Notes: generated by a model from the letters alone, not told the origin. Shown: positions 36,136 to 45,151, counted from the first letter of the stretch. The stretch is DNA of 45,151 nt from Pirellulales bacterium (GCA_044346905.1 JBIIYH010000002.1:1-45151); one strand, 5' to 3'. Program-made: numbers and translations.

Positions 36136-36286
36136 GTCGTGGGAATGCTCCGGGATCGCTGCCCTGTCGACAGGATCCCGTCATCGTCCCACGCGGAAAT
36201 CACCCTGCCAAGAGCCCGCCACCGACTCCACGCCCGACGGCATGCCAGCCCGCAGGCCATGCGAGGCATCGGCGAGGGCAGATGCT

Positions 36287-37285
36287 TGAAGGATAGTCCG
36301 GCCAATGGCACTTCCGTAACCGTCGTCCGGTCGGTGAGTTGAATTAGGGCCCAGGCTGGTCGCTGACTGGTGCGTGCCGGGCCGGTCGTCGCGGGGATTC
36401 CCAGGTCCCGGCACGCTCCGGAAGCGTCGGTTTTCAAGCTCGGCGCAGACCTTCTCCGCATCCGGGCATCAGCCGGTTGGCGACGCCCGCCTCACAGCGA
36501 GTGGATGTCGATCGCAGGCAGCTCGTCAGGCGACAGTTGGAAGACGTCGCGGTCGTCGTGGACCTGCACGAGCTCGCCCCAATCGGTGGGCGGCCCGCGA
36601 GCGGGAGAGATCGGCGGCGGTTCGAGCGGTTCGCCCAAGTGCGTGAGGATCTTCCGGATCGGCCCGGGCTCCGTGATGAACGAGATGAGCCGGATGTCCC
36701 CGCCGCACGCCGGGCACTGCAGAGGAAACTCCTCCCCCACCCGCGCCATCAGCTTGGCCCACGCGATCCGCGAAGTGTCGTGGGAGCGGGGATTTGCACG
36801 TGTGCCACAGCAATCCTCAGCGTCGTGCCCGGCGTGGGCGCTGTTCGCGGCATCGCGCTGCTTCCCGACGTTGCCGACGGCGAGCGCCGTGATGGCCGGC
36901 CGCAGCGGGTGGTTCGGCGCAAACACTCCGTGGTAGCGATGCCGGTGCTTCCGCGGCGGCGGGATGAGATCGGCGAGCCGGTCGAGGAACCCAAACGGCG
37001 AGAGCTCGACGACGCCGCTGGCCCCCGGCTGCGTGGATTTTCGTGAGCGGCCGGGGCCGACCCAGTTGGCGGCCTTCTGTCGGGGCAGCACCTAGCGGAT
37101 GCGGGTGATGCGGTCGTCGCCGACGGGGCCGGCCGGGCCCAGCAGGAAGACGCCGTCGGTGACGGCCGTGTGCAGATGGGCGTGGCGGTTGAGCCCCGAG
37201 CCGAAGCGGTGGAGGAAGGTGACGGCACCGAGTCGGGGGCGGGGGGATGGCGGCATGGCCTGCTCTTCGCAGCGGAGGCGCTCAG
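36287..37285 (-). mobile_element. Truncated copy (A) of a degenerate IS91-family-like element: 3' 800 nt of the transposase frame plus a 205-bp terminal region
   Basis: 999 bp are repeated directly at 42803-43801 (offset 6516). All ORF-track translations are identical, and I see only 2 mismatches (37254 C vs T, 37275 G vs C). It carries the same in-frame TAG (37092-37094). A 10-bp perfect hairpin stem lies at 36372-36381/36407-36416, downstream of the transposase stop (36492-36494). Confidence 0.8.
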
Positions 37286-38616
37286 TTCAGCATCTCGTTG
37301 AACGTGACCGTGCGGCCGGTGTGCGCTGCCACACGACCCATGGCGGTGACGAGGCTCGCCTCGGCGCCACGAACCGCCTCGTTGTAGGTCTTTCCAGAAC
37401 GGATGGCCGTCACGAGGTCTTCCCATTCCACGCGGTACGGGTTTTTCTCGGGCTCCGATGCTGTCCAGAGGATGTTGTCCTTCGCCATCTGCTGGCCCTT
37501 GTAGATCGACGACTTGGCAGGCGCGTGGCCACTGGCGGAGATCGCGAACGCTCCCTTCGAGCCCTGGCCGAAGACGCCAAACTTCCGCTCGCAGTCCTTC
37601 ATCGTGCGGCCTGAATAGAAAAACTTCGTGCCGTCCGCGAAAGTCCATTCGACGCCGTAGCTATCGAAGTTTTGGTCGTCGAGCTTGCCGCGGAAATGCC
37701 GGCCACCGATTGCCTCGACCTTCACCGGCCAGGCGTTCTTCATCCAGCAGACCTCGTCGACGTGGTGCACGTAGAAGTCGCTGAACACGCCGCCGCTGGC
37801 CCAGAGAAAGCTGTGGAACCGCTTGGCCTGCCAGAAGAGCTCGGTCATGTTCTCGGGCGGACCGGGATAGAGGTCCATCGGCTGCACCGGCCCATGCTCG
37901 CGGTAGCCGTGGAACGCGATCAGTTCTCCAGCCTCGCCGTTGTGCAGCCGGTCGAAGAGTTCTTGGCGGGCCTCGCTGTGGCGGCACATCAACCCCACGC
38001 CGACCTTGGGGTTCTTCGCGTCGGCCTTGGCAGCCAGTTCGATGATCCGCTTCGTGCTCGGTCCGTCGATCGAAATCGGCTTTTCGAGAAACGCGTGGAC
38101 GCCGTTCTCGATGGCGTAGGCAAAGTGCGCCGCGCGGAAGCCGACCGGCGTGGCGAAGATCGCGATGTCGCCGGGCCGGAGGCTGTCGATCGCCTGCTCG
38201 TAGGCGTTGATGCCTGTGAAGCACCGCTCGTCGGGCACGTCGACCTGCTCCTTAAACAGCTCGGTGAGGCTTCGGCGACGGGAGGTGATTGAGTTTTGAA
38301 AGAGGTCGGCCATCGCCGCAAGCTTCACATTCCCGCTCGGCACTGAGAGCGCGTCGGCGGCTGCACCGCCTCCCCGTCCTCCACAGCCGATCAGGGCGAC
38401 CCGGATCTCGTCGCTCCCAGCCGCATGAACGGCGGGGGTCGTGCTGGCGAAGGCGGCGAGCGACGTGGCCGCGGCGACCCGGCCGGTGGTGCCGAGGAAT
38501 CCGCGGCGTGAGGTAGCGCCACCGCCGGCCTCCGGTCGTTCGAAGAGACTTTGCGCCTCTGCAAGTAGACCGCTTGCTCCGCAAGCGGATCCGACCGCAA
38601 AAGCCCCTCGCGGCAA
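37282..38616 (-). CDS. Tat-signal Gfo/Idh/MocA-family oxidoreductase (3' end possibly truncated by IS fragment A)
   Basis: 444-aa ORF. Twin-arginine signal SRRGFLGTTGRVAAA. Rossmann motif IRVALIGCGGRGGG. The stop codon (37282-37284) and the last base of the final codon lie inside the repeated IS segment. Confidence 0.8.
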   Translation of the reverse strand: MPRGAFAVGSACGASGLLAEAQSLFERPEAGGGATSRRGFLGTTGRVAAATSLAAFASTTPAVHAAGSDEIRVALIGCGGRGGGAAADALSVPSGNVKLAAMADLFQNSITSRRRSLTELFKEQVDVPDERCFTGINAYEQAIDSLRPGDIAIFATPVGFRAAHFAYAIENGVHAFLEKPISIDGPSTKRIIELAAKADAKNPKVGVGLMCRHSEARQELFDRLHNGEAGELIAFHGYREHGPVQPMDLYPGPPENMTELFWQAKRFHSFLWASGGVFSDFYVHHVDEVCWMKNAWPVKVEAIGGRHFRGKLDDQNFDSYGVEWTFADGTKFFYSGRTMKDCERKFGVFGQGSKGAFAISASGHAPAKSSIYKGQQMAKDNILWTASEPEKNPYRVEWEDLVTAIRSGKTYNEAVRGAEASLVTAMGRVAAHTGRTVTFNEMLN

Positions 38617-38823
38617 CGAGCGGGGTGACGCTGGCCATCACCATCCGCGCATACGCCCAGAAGCGCCGAAGGTGATCGCGACGCGTCATCCCACCGGCTT
38701 CCGCCGGGGGCTTTTGGGTGGCGGTGTGCAGGAATCTGGTGATCGCCGGGCGAAATACCGTAAAATTTTCATGGCACTGGCCGATCGATTCGATCTATAG
38801 TTTGACCGTGGAGGCATTGCCGC

Positions 38824-41244
38824 GTGCAGCGAAATCGAGCCATCAGGTATCCGGTGCCGGTCGTCGCGGTTGCGGTCGCGGCGGTCCTGCTCGCCCCCGC
38901 GTGGGCTTGGGCCGCGGATGCTGTTCCGTCGTTCACGCGGGACATTAAGGGCATTCTGTCGAACCGCTGCGTGCGGTGCCACGGTCCCGACCCCGAGGCG
39001 CGGGCCGGCGGCGGCGATGAGGGGCTGCGGCTCGATACTTTCGCGGGAGCGACGGCCGACCTGGGCGGCCAGGCGGCGATCGTGCCGGGCACGCCGGAAG
39101 AAAGCGAACTCATCGCCCGAATCACGTCGACCGATCCCGATCTCGTGATGCCGCCCCCCGAGGCTGGCGAGCGGCTTCCGGAAAAGCAGGTCGATCTCCT
39201 GAAGCGGTGGATCGCAGCCGGCGCGACCTACGAGCCGCACTGGGCCTACGTGCCCCCGAAGCGGCCGCCGGTTCCGGCGGTGCAGCACACGGCCTGGCCG
39301 AGAAACGACATCGACCGCTTCATCCTCGCGCGGCTGGAAGCCGAGGGGCTCGCGCCGCAGCCCGAGGCCGACCGGGCCACGCTCGCCCGCCGGCTCGCCC
39401 TCGATCTCACCGGCCTGCCGCCCACTCCTGCCGAGGTCGATGCGTTCGTGGCCGACACGTCAATCGACGCGGTCGAGAAACTCGTCGAGCGGCTCCTCGC
39501 CCACGACGGCTATGGCGAGCACATGGCGCGGCAGTGGCTCGACCTTGCCCGCTATGCCGACAGCGCCGGCTACGCCGACGACCCGCCGCGGACGATCTGG
39601 GGCTGGCGCGACTGGGTGGTCCGCGCCTTCGATGCCAACATGCCATTCGACGAGTTCACGATACGGCAGTTGGCCGGCGACCTGCTGCCGAGTGCCACGA
39701 TCGACGACAAAGTCGCCACGGCCTTTCACCGCAACACGCTCACGAATAACGAAGGGGGCACGATCGACGAGGAGTACCGCACGGTCGCCGTCATCGACCG
39801 CGTGAACACGACGATGAGCACCTGGATGGGCACGACGATGGCCTGCGCACAGTGCCACGACCACAAATACGACCCGCTGTCGCAGAAGGAATACTTCCAG
39901 CTCTACGCGATCCTGAACAACACATCCGATGCGGACCACAAGGACGAGTTGCCGGTGGTGCGGCTACCCTGGAAGGAAATCGATGACAAGCGGGCTTCGA
40001 TCGAACAAGAGATCGCGGAGATCGAGGCGGGAATCCCCGACTTGAAGAAGCCGCCCGCGAAGGACCGGCCCGAGCCGCCCGAGTTTCGGCCGGCCCGGAA
40101 GATCGTTGCCGACCTGCGGAAGCGGCTCGACGAAAACCCCGCTGCGACGGTGCCAGTGCTCGAGGAACTCGCCGGCGAGAAGCGGCGGATCACGAAGATC
40201 CAGCTCCGCGGCAACTGGCAGAACCTCGGCGACGTGGTCCGCGAAGGAGTGCCGGACGTGTTTCACGACCTGAACGCGGCCAACGAAGATCGTGTCGACC
40301 GCATGGCGCTCGCGAAGTGGCTCGTCGATCCCGCGAATCCGCTCACGGCCCGCGTGGTCGTCAATCGGATCTGGGAGCGGCTCTTTGGGATCGGCATCGT
40401 GTCGACGAGCGAGGAGTTTGGCAGCCAGGGAGACCTGCCGAGTCATCCGGAGCTGCTCGACTGGCTCGCCTCTGAACTCGTCGAGAGCGGCTGGAACCTG
40501 AAGGCGATCCAGCGGCTGATCGTGACGACCGCCGCCTACCGGCAGACCTCGAAGTGCCCGCCCGACCTCGTGGCCCGCGATCCGGAAAACCGGCTCATCG
40601 CCTGCGGCCCGCGGGTGCGGCTCTCGGCGGAGGTAATCCGCGACCAGGCCTTGGCCGCCGCAGGCCTTCTCTCGCGAAAGAAGGGGGGCCCGAGCGTGAA
40701 GCCGCCGCAGCCGAATCTGGGCCTGAGCGCGGCCTTCGGCGGCAGCACCGACTGGCAGACGAGCACCGGTGAGGATCGCTACCGCCGCGCGCTCTACACG
40801 ACCTGGCGGCGGAGCAATCCGTATCCCGCGATGGCCACGTTCGACGCGCCGTCGCGGGAGGTCTGCACGATCCGCCGGCCGCGGACCAACACACCGCTGC
40901 AGGCACTCGTGACGATGAACGACCCCGCGTATGTCGAGGCGGCGCAGGCGCTCGCCCGGCGGATGGTGCGCGAGGGTGGCCCCACCGACGCCGACCGCGC
41001 CGCGCATGGCTTCCGCCTCGTGCTCGCGCGGCGGCCGACGCCCGCCGAGATCGACAGGCTCGTCGGCCTGCATGGCGACGCGCACGACGACTTTCTGGCG
41101 ACGCCCGAAGAAGGCAAGAAGATGGCCACCGACCCACTCGGCCCCGTGCCCTCCGATCTGCAAATCGACACGGCCGACCTCGCCGCCTGGACGGTGGTGG
41201 CCAACGTGATCTTGAATCTCGACGAAACCTTCATGTGTCCGTGA
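38824..41244 (+). CDS. Planctomycete cytochrome c (PSCyt) / DUF1549 / DUF1553 protein
   Basis: GTG start at 38824 with a GGAGG 9 nt upstream. It has a signal peptide, the heme site CVRCHGPD, a DUF1549-like segment WPRNDIDRFILARLEAEGL, and a DUF1553-like segment CAQCHDHKYDP. Confidence 0.85.
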   Translation: MQRNRAIRYPVPVVAVAVAAVLLAPAWAWAADAVPSFTRDIKGILSNRCVRCHGPDPEARAGGGDEGLRLDTFAGATADLGGQAAIVPGTPEESELIARITSTDPDLVMPPPEAGERLPEKQVDLLKRWIAAGATYEPHWAYVPPKRPPVPAVQHTAWPRNDIDRFILARLEAEGLAPQPEADRATLARRLALDLTGLPPTPAEVDAFVADTSIDAVEKLVERLLAHDGYGEHMARQWLDLARYADSAGYADDPPRTIWGWRDWVVRAFDANMPFDEFTIRQLAGDLLPSATIDDKVATAFHRNTLTNNEGGTIDEEYRTVAVIDRVNTTMSTWMGTTMACAQCHDHKYDPLSQKEYFQLYAILNNTSDADHKDELPVVRLPWKEIDDKRASIEQEIAEIEAGIPDLKKPPAKDRPEPPEFRPARKIVADLRKRLDENPAATVPVLEELAGEKRRITKIQLRGNWQNLGDVVREGVPDVFHDLNAANEDRVDRMALAKWLVDPANPLTARVVVNRIWERLFGIGIVSTSEEFGSQGDLPSHPELLDWLASELVESGWNLKAIQRLIVTTAAYRQTSKCPPDLVARDPENRLIACGPRVRLSAEVIRDQALAAAGLLSRKKGGPSVKPPQPNLGLSAAFGGSTDWQTSTGEDRYRRALYTTWRRSNPYPAMATFDAPSREVCTIRRPRTNTPLQALVTMNDPAYVEAAQALARRMVREGGPTDADRAAHGFRLVLARRPTPAEIDRLVGLHGDAHDDFLATPEEGKKMATDPLGPVPSDLQIDTADLAAWTVVANVILNLDETFMCP

Positions 41245-41252
41245 GGAGCCCC

Positions 41253-42707
41253 ATGAACCCGATCCTCGAACACAAACTGCTCGCGACCCGTCGTCAACTG
41301 CTCGGCGGCATGGCCGGCGGCATCGGCGCGATTGCCATGCGCGAGCTTTTGGCGGCGACGAACGCGGCTTCCGTCCCGGCGCTCGCGGCCGACCCGATGG
41401 CGGCGAAGAAGCCGCCGCTGCCGGCCAAGGCGAAGCGGATGATCGTGATCCACCTCACGGGATCGCCGCCGCATCTCGACATGTACGACAACAAGCCGGA
41501 GCTCACGAAGCGCGACGGCCAGGATTGCCCCGCCGAGGCCATCGCCGGGAAAAAGTTCGCCTTCACCACCGGCACGCCGAAGCTCCTGGGCACGCGGCGG
41601 AAGTGGACGCGGTGCGGCGAGAGCGGCATTGAGCTTTCCGACGCAATCCCGCATCTGCATCGGGTGGCCGACAAGCTCTGCCTCGTGCGGAGCATGTTCA
41701 CCGACCAGTTCAACCACGCCCCGGCCGAACTCATGGTCTACACCGGCTCGCCCCGGGCCGGCCGGCCGAGCCTGGGCAGCTGGGCCACGTATGGGCTCGG
41801 CACGGAGAACGCCGACCTGCCGGGGTTCGTCGTCTTGATCTCGTCGGGCTCGCAGCCCAACGGCGGCACGAGCAGTTTTGGATCGGGCTTCCTGCCGAGC
41901 GTCTATCAGGGCGTGCAGTGCCGGTCGAAGGGGGACCCAGTGCTCTACGTCTCCGACCCGCCGGGGATGAGCCGCGACATGCGGCGGAAGACGCTCGACG
42001 CCCTCAAGGATCTAAACGAGCTCCAGGCCCGGGAGCTCGGCAACCCGGAGACGGTCACGCGGATCGCGCAGTACGAGCTCGCCTACCGCATGCAGACGAG
42101 CGTGCCCGATGTGATGGACATCTCGAAAGAGCCCGAGCACGTGCTCGAGGCCTACGGCGCGAAGCCGGGCGAAGCGAGCCTCGCCAACAACTGCCTGCTC
42201 GCCCGGCGGCTCGTGGAAGACGGCGTACGGTTCGTGCACCTCTTCGACTGGGGCTGGGATTTCCACGGCACGCGGCCGCAGGAAGGCATCCTCGAGGGCC
42301 TCACCCAGAAGGCTGCCACGTTCGACCGGCCGGCGGCCGCGCTCATCGAGGATCTCGAAGCCCGCGGGCTGCTCGAAGACACGCTCGTGCTATGCACCGG
42401 TGAGTTTGGCCGCACGCCCTTCCAGGAGGGGCGCACGTCGGCCAGCGGCATCCTCGGCCGCGACCACTATCCCGATTGCTATTCCGTCTGGATGGCCGGC
42501 GGCGGCGTGAAGCCGGGCTACGTGCACGGCGCAAGCGACGATCTCGGCTTCAAGGTGGCGAGCGACATGGTGCACATCCACGACCTGCAGGCCACGATCA
42601 TCCATCTGCTCGGCTTCGACCACACGAAGCTCACCTACCGCTTCCAGGGCCGCGACTTCCGCCTCACCGACGTGCACGGCCATGTCGTCAAGGCCCTGCT
42701 CTCCTGA
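41253..42707 (+). CDS. DUF1501 (sulfatase-like) protein, usual partner of DUF1549/DUF1553 proteins
   Basis: Start chosen at ATG 41253, which has a GAGGAG 4 nt upstream (the ORF-track alternative, GTG 41235, overlaps the upstream gene). Tat-like TRRQLLGGMAGG. Motifs HLFDWGWDFHG and TGEFGRTP. Confidence 0.85.
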   Translation: MNPILEHKLLATRRQLLGGMAGGIGAIAMRELLAATNAASVPALAADPMAAKKPPLPAKAKRMIVIHLTGSPPHLDMYDNKPELTKRDGQDCPAEAIAGKKFAFTTGTPKLLGTRRKWTRCGESGIELSDAIPHLHRVADKLCLVRSMFTDQFNHAPAELMVYTGSPRAGRPSLGSWATYGLGTENADLPGFVVLISSGSQPNGGTSSFGSGFLPSVYQGVQCRSKGDPVLYVSDPPGMSRDMRRKTLDALKDLNELQARELGNPETVTRIAQYELAYRMQTSVPDVMDISKEPEHVLEAYGAKPGEASLANNCLLARRLVEDGVRFVHLFDWGWDFHGTRPQEGILEGLTQKAATFDRPAAALIEDLEARGLLEDTLVLCTGEFGRTPFQEGRTSASGILGRDHYPDCYSVWMAGGGVKPGYVHGASDDLGFKVASDMVHIHDLQATIIHLLGFDHTKLTYRFQGRDFRLTDVHGHVVKALLS

Positions 42708-42802
42708 CGTTCGGAAAAGGGGCGTCCGCTTTTTCGTGCTACTTCTGGAGCAGCAGGTCGCTCCAGAGCTTGGCGGCGTTGCGCTGCCCTTGCGGGCTGA
42801 AG

Positions 42803-44084
42803 TGAAGGATAGTCCGGCCAATGGCACTTCCGTAACCGTCGTCCGGTCGGTGAGTTGAATTAGGGCCCAGGCTGGTCGCTGACTGGTGCGTGCCGGGCCG
42901 GTCGTCGCGGGGATTCCCAGGTCCCGGCACGCTCCGGAAGCGTCGGTTTTCAAGCTCGGCGCAGACCTTCTCCGCATCCGGGCATCAGCCGGTTGGCGAC
43001 GCCCGCCTCACAGCGAGTGGATGTCGATCGCAGGCAGCTCGTCAGGCGACAGTTGGAAGACGTCGCGGTCGTCGTGGACCTGCACGAGCTCGCCCCAATC
43101 GGTGGGCGGCCCGCGAGCGGGAGAGATCGGCGGCGGTTCGAGCGGTTCGCCCAAGTGCGTGAGGATCTTCCGGATCGGCCCGGGCTCCGTGATGAACGAG
43201 ATGAGCCGGATGTCCCCGCCGCACGCCGGGCACTGCAGAGGAAACTCCTCCCCCACCCGCGCCATCAGCTTGGCCCACGCGATCCGCGAAGTGTCGTGGG
43301 AGCGGGGATTTGCACGTGTGCCACAGCAATCCTCAGCGTCGTGCCCGGCGTGGGCGCTGTTCGCGGCATCGCGCTGCTTCCCGACGTTGCCGACGGCGAG
43401 CGCCGTGATGGCCGGCCGCAGCGGGTGGTTCGGCGCAAACACTCCGTGGTAGCGATGCCGGTGCTTCCGCGGCGGCGGGATGAGATCGGCGAGCCGGTCG
43501 AGGAACCCAAACGGCGAGAGCTCGACGACGCCGCTGGCCCCCGGCTGCGTGGATTTTCGTGAGCGGCCGGGGCCGACCCAGTTGGCGGCCTTCTGTCGGG
43601 GCAGCACCTAGCGGATGCGGGTGATGCGGTCGTCGCCGACGGGGCCGGCCGGGCCCAGCAGGAAGACGCCGTCGGTGACGGCCGTGTGCAGATGGGCGTG
43701 GCGGTTGAGCCCCGAGCCGAAGCGGTGGAGGAAGGTGACGGCACCGAGTCGGGGGCGGGGGGATGGCGGTATGGCCTGCTCTTCGCAGCGCAGGCGCTCA
43801 GGGCAGAGCAACTGCTCGATCTCATCCAGAAAAATCCTCGTCACTGCCGCGACGGCCTTGGGGCGGTCGCCGAGCACTCCCCGGAGCCGCTTCGGCAGGG
43901 AGATGACCCACTGCCGCACGGGCACCGGCGGGATCACGTGATCGACGAGGTGCGCCGCAGTCTGCGCCATGTGCCTGCCATTGCAGGAGGGACACATGCC
44001 CCGGCGCTTGCACGAGAAGGCTACGCCGAACCTCTGCAGGCACCGTGTGAAGAGCGCGCGGGCGAAGCCCGACCCGTCCTGCAT
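42803..44084 (-). mobile_element. Longer copy (B) of the degenerate IS91-family-like element (the transposase-upstream boundary is not definable; it lies between 44085 and about 44150)
   Basis: It shares the exact low-coordinate end with copy A (42803 = 36287 + 6516). It contains the same terminal 205 bp with the hairpin at 42888-42897/42923-42932, plus a longer stretch of the transposase reading frame. Confidence 0.75.
43008..44084 (-). pseudogene. IS91-family (HUH/Y2 rolling-circle) transposase-like gene, N-terminally truncated and interrupted by an in-frame TAG
   Basis: Two same-frame ORFs (43608-44084 and 43008-43607) are separated only by TAG 43608-43610. The N-terminal part reads FSCKRRGMCPSCNGRHMAQTAAHLVDHVIPPVPVRQWVISLPKRLR and has the HUH-like NRHAHLHTAVTDGVF. 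The C-terminal part reads RKHRHRYHGVFAPNHPLR and has the zinc ribbon CPACGGDIRLISFITEPGPIRKILTHLGEP. A TGA lies 6 codons upstream of the first ATG. The segment between the HUH and the C-terminal region is much shorter than I would expect for this family. Confidence 0.7.
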
Positions 44085-44153
44085 GGAACCTCGGCCGCGT
44101 CAAACCGATGATACGAGTCAGGCCTGTGACAGTAGCCGATGACCGCGCGGCCG

Positions 44154-44615
44154 TCAGCGTGGCAGCGTCGCCGGGTCGATCACGGCGTGGGCGATTTTCT
44201 TTCGCTTCCAGGTGTACGTCACGTGCACCGTGCCGTCGGCAGCCTGGATGATCGCAGGATAGGAGAACTCGCCGGGCTCGGTTTCGAGCGTCGCGGCCGG
44301 AATCCAGGTTTTTCCGTCGCGGCTCACGGCGATGTTCAGCGGTGAGCGGCCGGTCTCGCTGTGGTTGTAGATCAGCAGATGGCGGCCGTCGGCGAGCGTG
44401 ACGGCATCGGTGCCGGAATTGGGGTTGGGCAGATCCGTGAGCGTCAGTTCTCCCCAGGAGCAGCCTCCGTCGAGGCTCTCGACCCGGAAGATCCGCTTGT
44501 TCTGTCGCGTGCGGCCGAGGGCCAGCAACCTGCCTCCGCCGAGGTTGAGAATGCTCGGCTGGATGGCGCCGATCGTCTTGCCGTCGGGCCGCGGGACGAG
44601 CCCCGAATCACAAGC
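44154..44615 (-). pseudogene. 3' fragment of a BNR/Asp-box sialidase-like (exo-alpha-sialidase) gene
   Basis: The open frame runs from stop 44616-44618 to stop 44154-44156. Its first possible start is TTG 44528. It has the Asp-boxes SLDGGCSW and SRDGKTW and the C-terminal pattern YPAIIQAADGTVHVTYTW. Only about 150 aa (roughly three propeller blades) remain, and there is no room for the N-terminal half before the next gene. Confidence 0.55.
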
Positions 44616-44634
44616 TCATTGGCCGGGCTGGCCT

Positions 44635-45151
44635 TCAGCCCGCCGCCGGCAGCGCGGCGGCGGCCCCGGGCCGCTGGGGATCGACGCCCAGCGCCACCAA
44701 GAGCTCCTGGACCCGGGCCGCCAGCCGCTCGCGTTCGCGCCGCTGCTCGGCCGACTGTGGCTGCCGCGACTCGCCCATGCGGAAGCCGCGGAGCTCGACC
44801 CCGGCCCGGAAGCCCTCCGGAAAATCCACCCCGAGAAAGAGCGCGTCAAAGAGGGCGGTCAGCCGCCGCTGCAGCTCGAGCGCCGCGGTCAGGTTGCCGG
44901 CCCGGGCTGCGTCATAGACCGCCCGCGTCAGTTCCGGGAGCACGCCGCTGGTGGCGTTGGTACCGCCGTCGCAGCCGACCGCGAGCATCGGCACGAGGGC
45001 CGCATCCCAGCCGGTGAGGAAGGCGAAGTCGGGCCGCACCGGCCGCACGGCCGCGATCAGGCGGCCCATGTGGGAGATGTCGCCGCTCGAGTCCTTGATG
45101 CCCGTGATCCGGGGAAACTCCTCCGCCAGGCTCCGCACGGTGGCCACGTCG
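44635..45151 (-). CDS. DapA-family lyase (dihydrodipicolinate synthase / N-acetylneuraminate lyase family), 5' end beyond the window
   Basis: The C-terminal approximately 170 aa are visible. The Schiff-base lysine context ITGIKDSSGD is present, followed by GCDGGTNATS. Adjacency to the sialidase fragment suggests a NanA-like role (inference). Confidence 0.75.
   Translation of the reverse strand, partial: DVATVRSLAEEFPRITGIKDSSGDISHMGRLIAAVRPVRPDFAFLTGWDAALVPMLAVGCDGGTNATSGVLPELTRAVYDAARAGNLTAALELQRRLTALFDALFLGVDFPEGFRAGVELRGFRMGESRQPQSAEQRRERERLAARVQELLVALGVDPQRPGAAAALPAAG

Noticed and set aside
43608-43610. The in-frame TAG as programmed readthrough or pyrrolysine
   Set aside because: No pyl genes are in the window, and the frame is additionally truncated at the N-terminus and apparently internally deleted. 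Simple pseudogenisation is more parsimonious.
1-45151. tRNA, rRNA, riboswitch and prophage content
   Set aside because: The intergenic regions are short and I saw no cloverleaf-like or rRNA-like sequence. I saw no phage structural, integrase or recombinase genes. Nothing could be supported by eye, so tRNAscan/Infernal would be needed to exclude small RNAs.

Overview
This is a visibly GC-rich window (G+C not computed) with about 40 protein-coding genes. I found no rRNA, tRNA or CRISPR. The gene content points to a Planctomycetota-type genome: a PSCyt/DUF1549/DUF1553 + DUF1501 pair, DUF1080, Tat-signal Gfo/Idh/MocA oxidoreductases, and a beta-propeller dehydrogenase fused to HEAT repeats and cytochrome c.

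Most of the window is housekeeping:
- murB tail and an ftsQ-like gene
- isochorismatase, tsaE, thiL
- two HtrA proteases and cinA
- a HemQ/chlorite-dismutase family gene
- yggS, greA
- a dnaG-rpoD operon
- comM, a PAP2 phosphatase and a response regulator

The most interesting locus is 8710-14115 on the minus strand. It is a compact operon with two WXG100-like small helical proteins (both carry W-x-D instead of W-x-G), a 204-aa helical protein, and a 1398-aa membrane-anchored EssC/EccC-like FtsK/SpoIIIE ATPase. In that ATPase only the middle of three P-loop domains keeps intact Walker motifs. This is the core of a type VII secretion-like module in an unusual phylogenetic and envelope context, and no other known T7SS membrane components are visible. 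A 3 x 56-bp tandem repeat sits directly downstream of it.

The 3' third of the window is an accessory, decaying region:
- A relic island at 33.3-34.1 kb holds a Y1-transposase pseudogene with an in-frame TAG, 25-bp inverted repeats and a ParE-like fragment.
- Two direct 999-bp copies of a degenerate IS91-family element bracket a 5.5-kb three-gene segment. One copy donates the stop codon to a probably truncated oxidoreductase gene.
- A 5'-truncated sialidase fragment lies next to a DapA/NanA-family gene.

The window also contains an in-frame 27-bp VNTR and a 25-bp perfect-stem bidirectional terminator.
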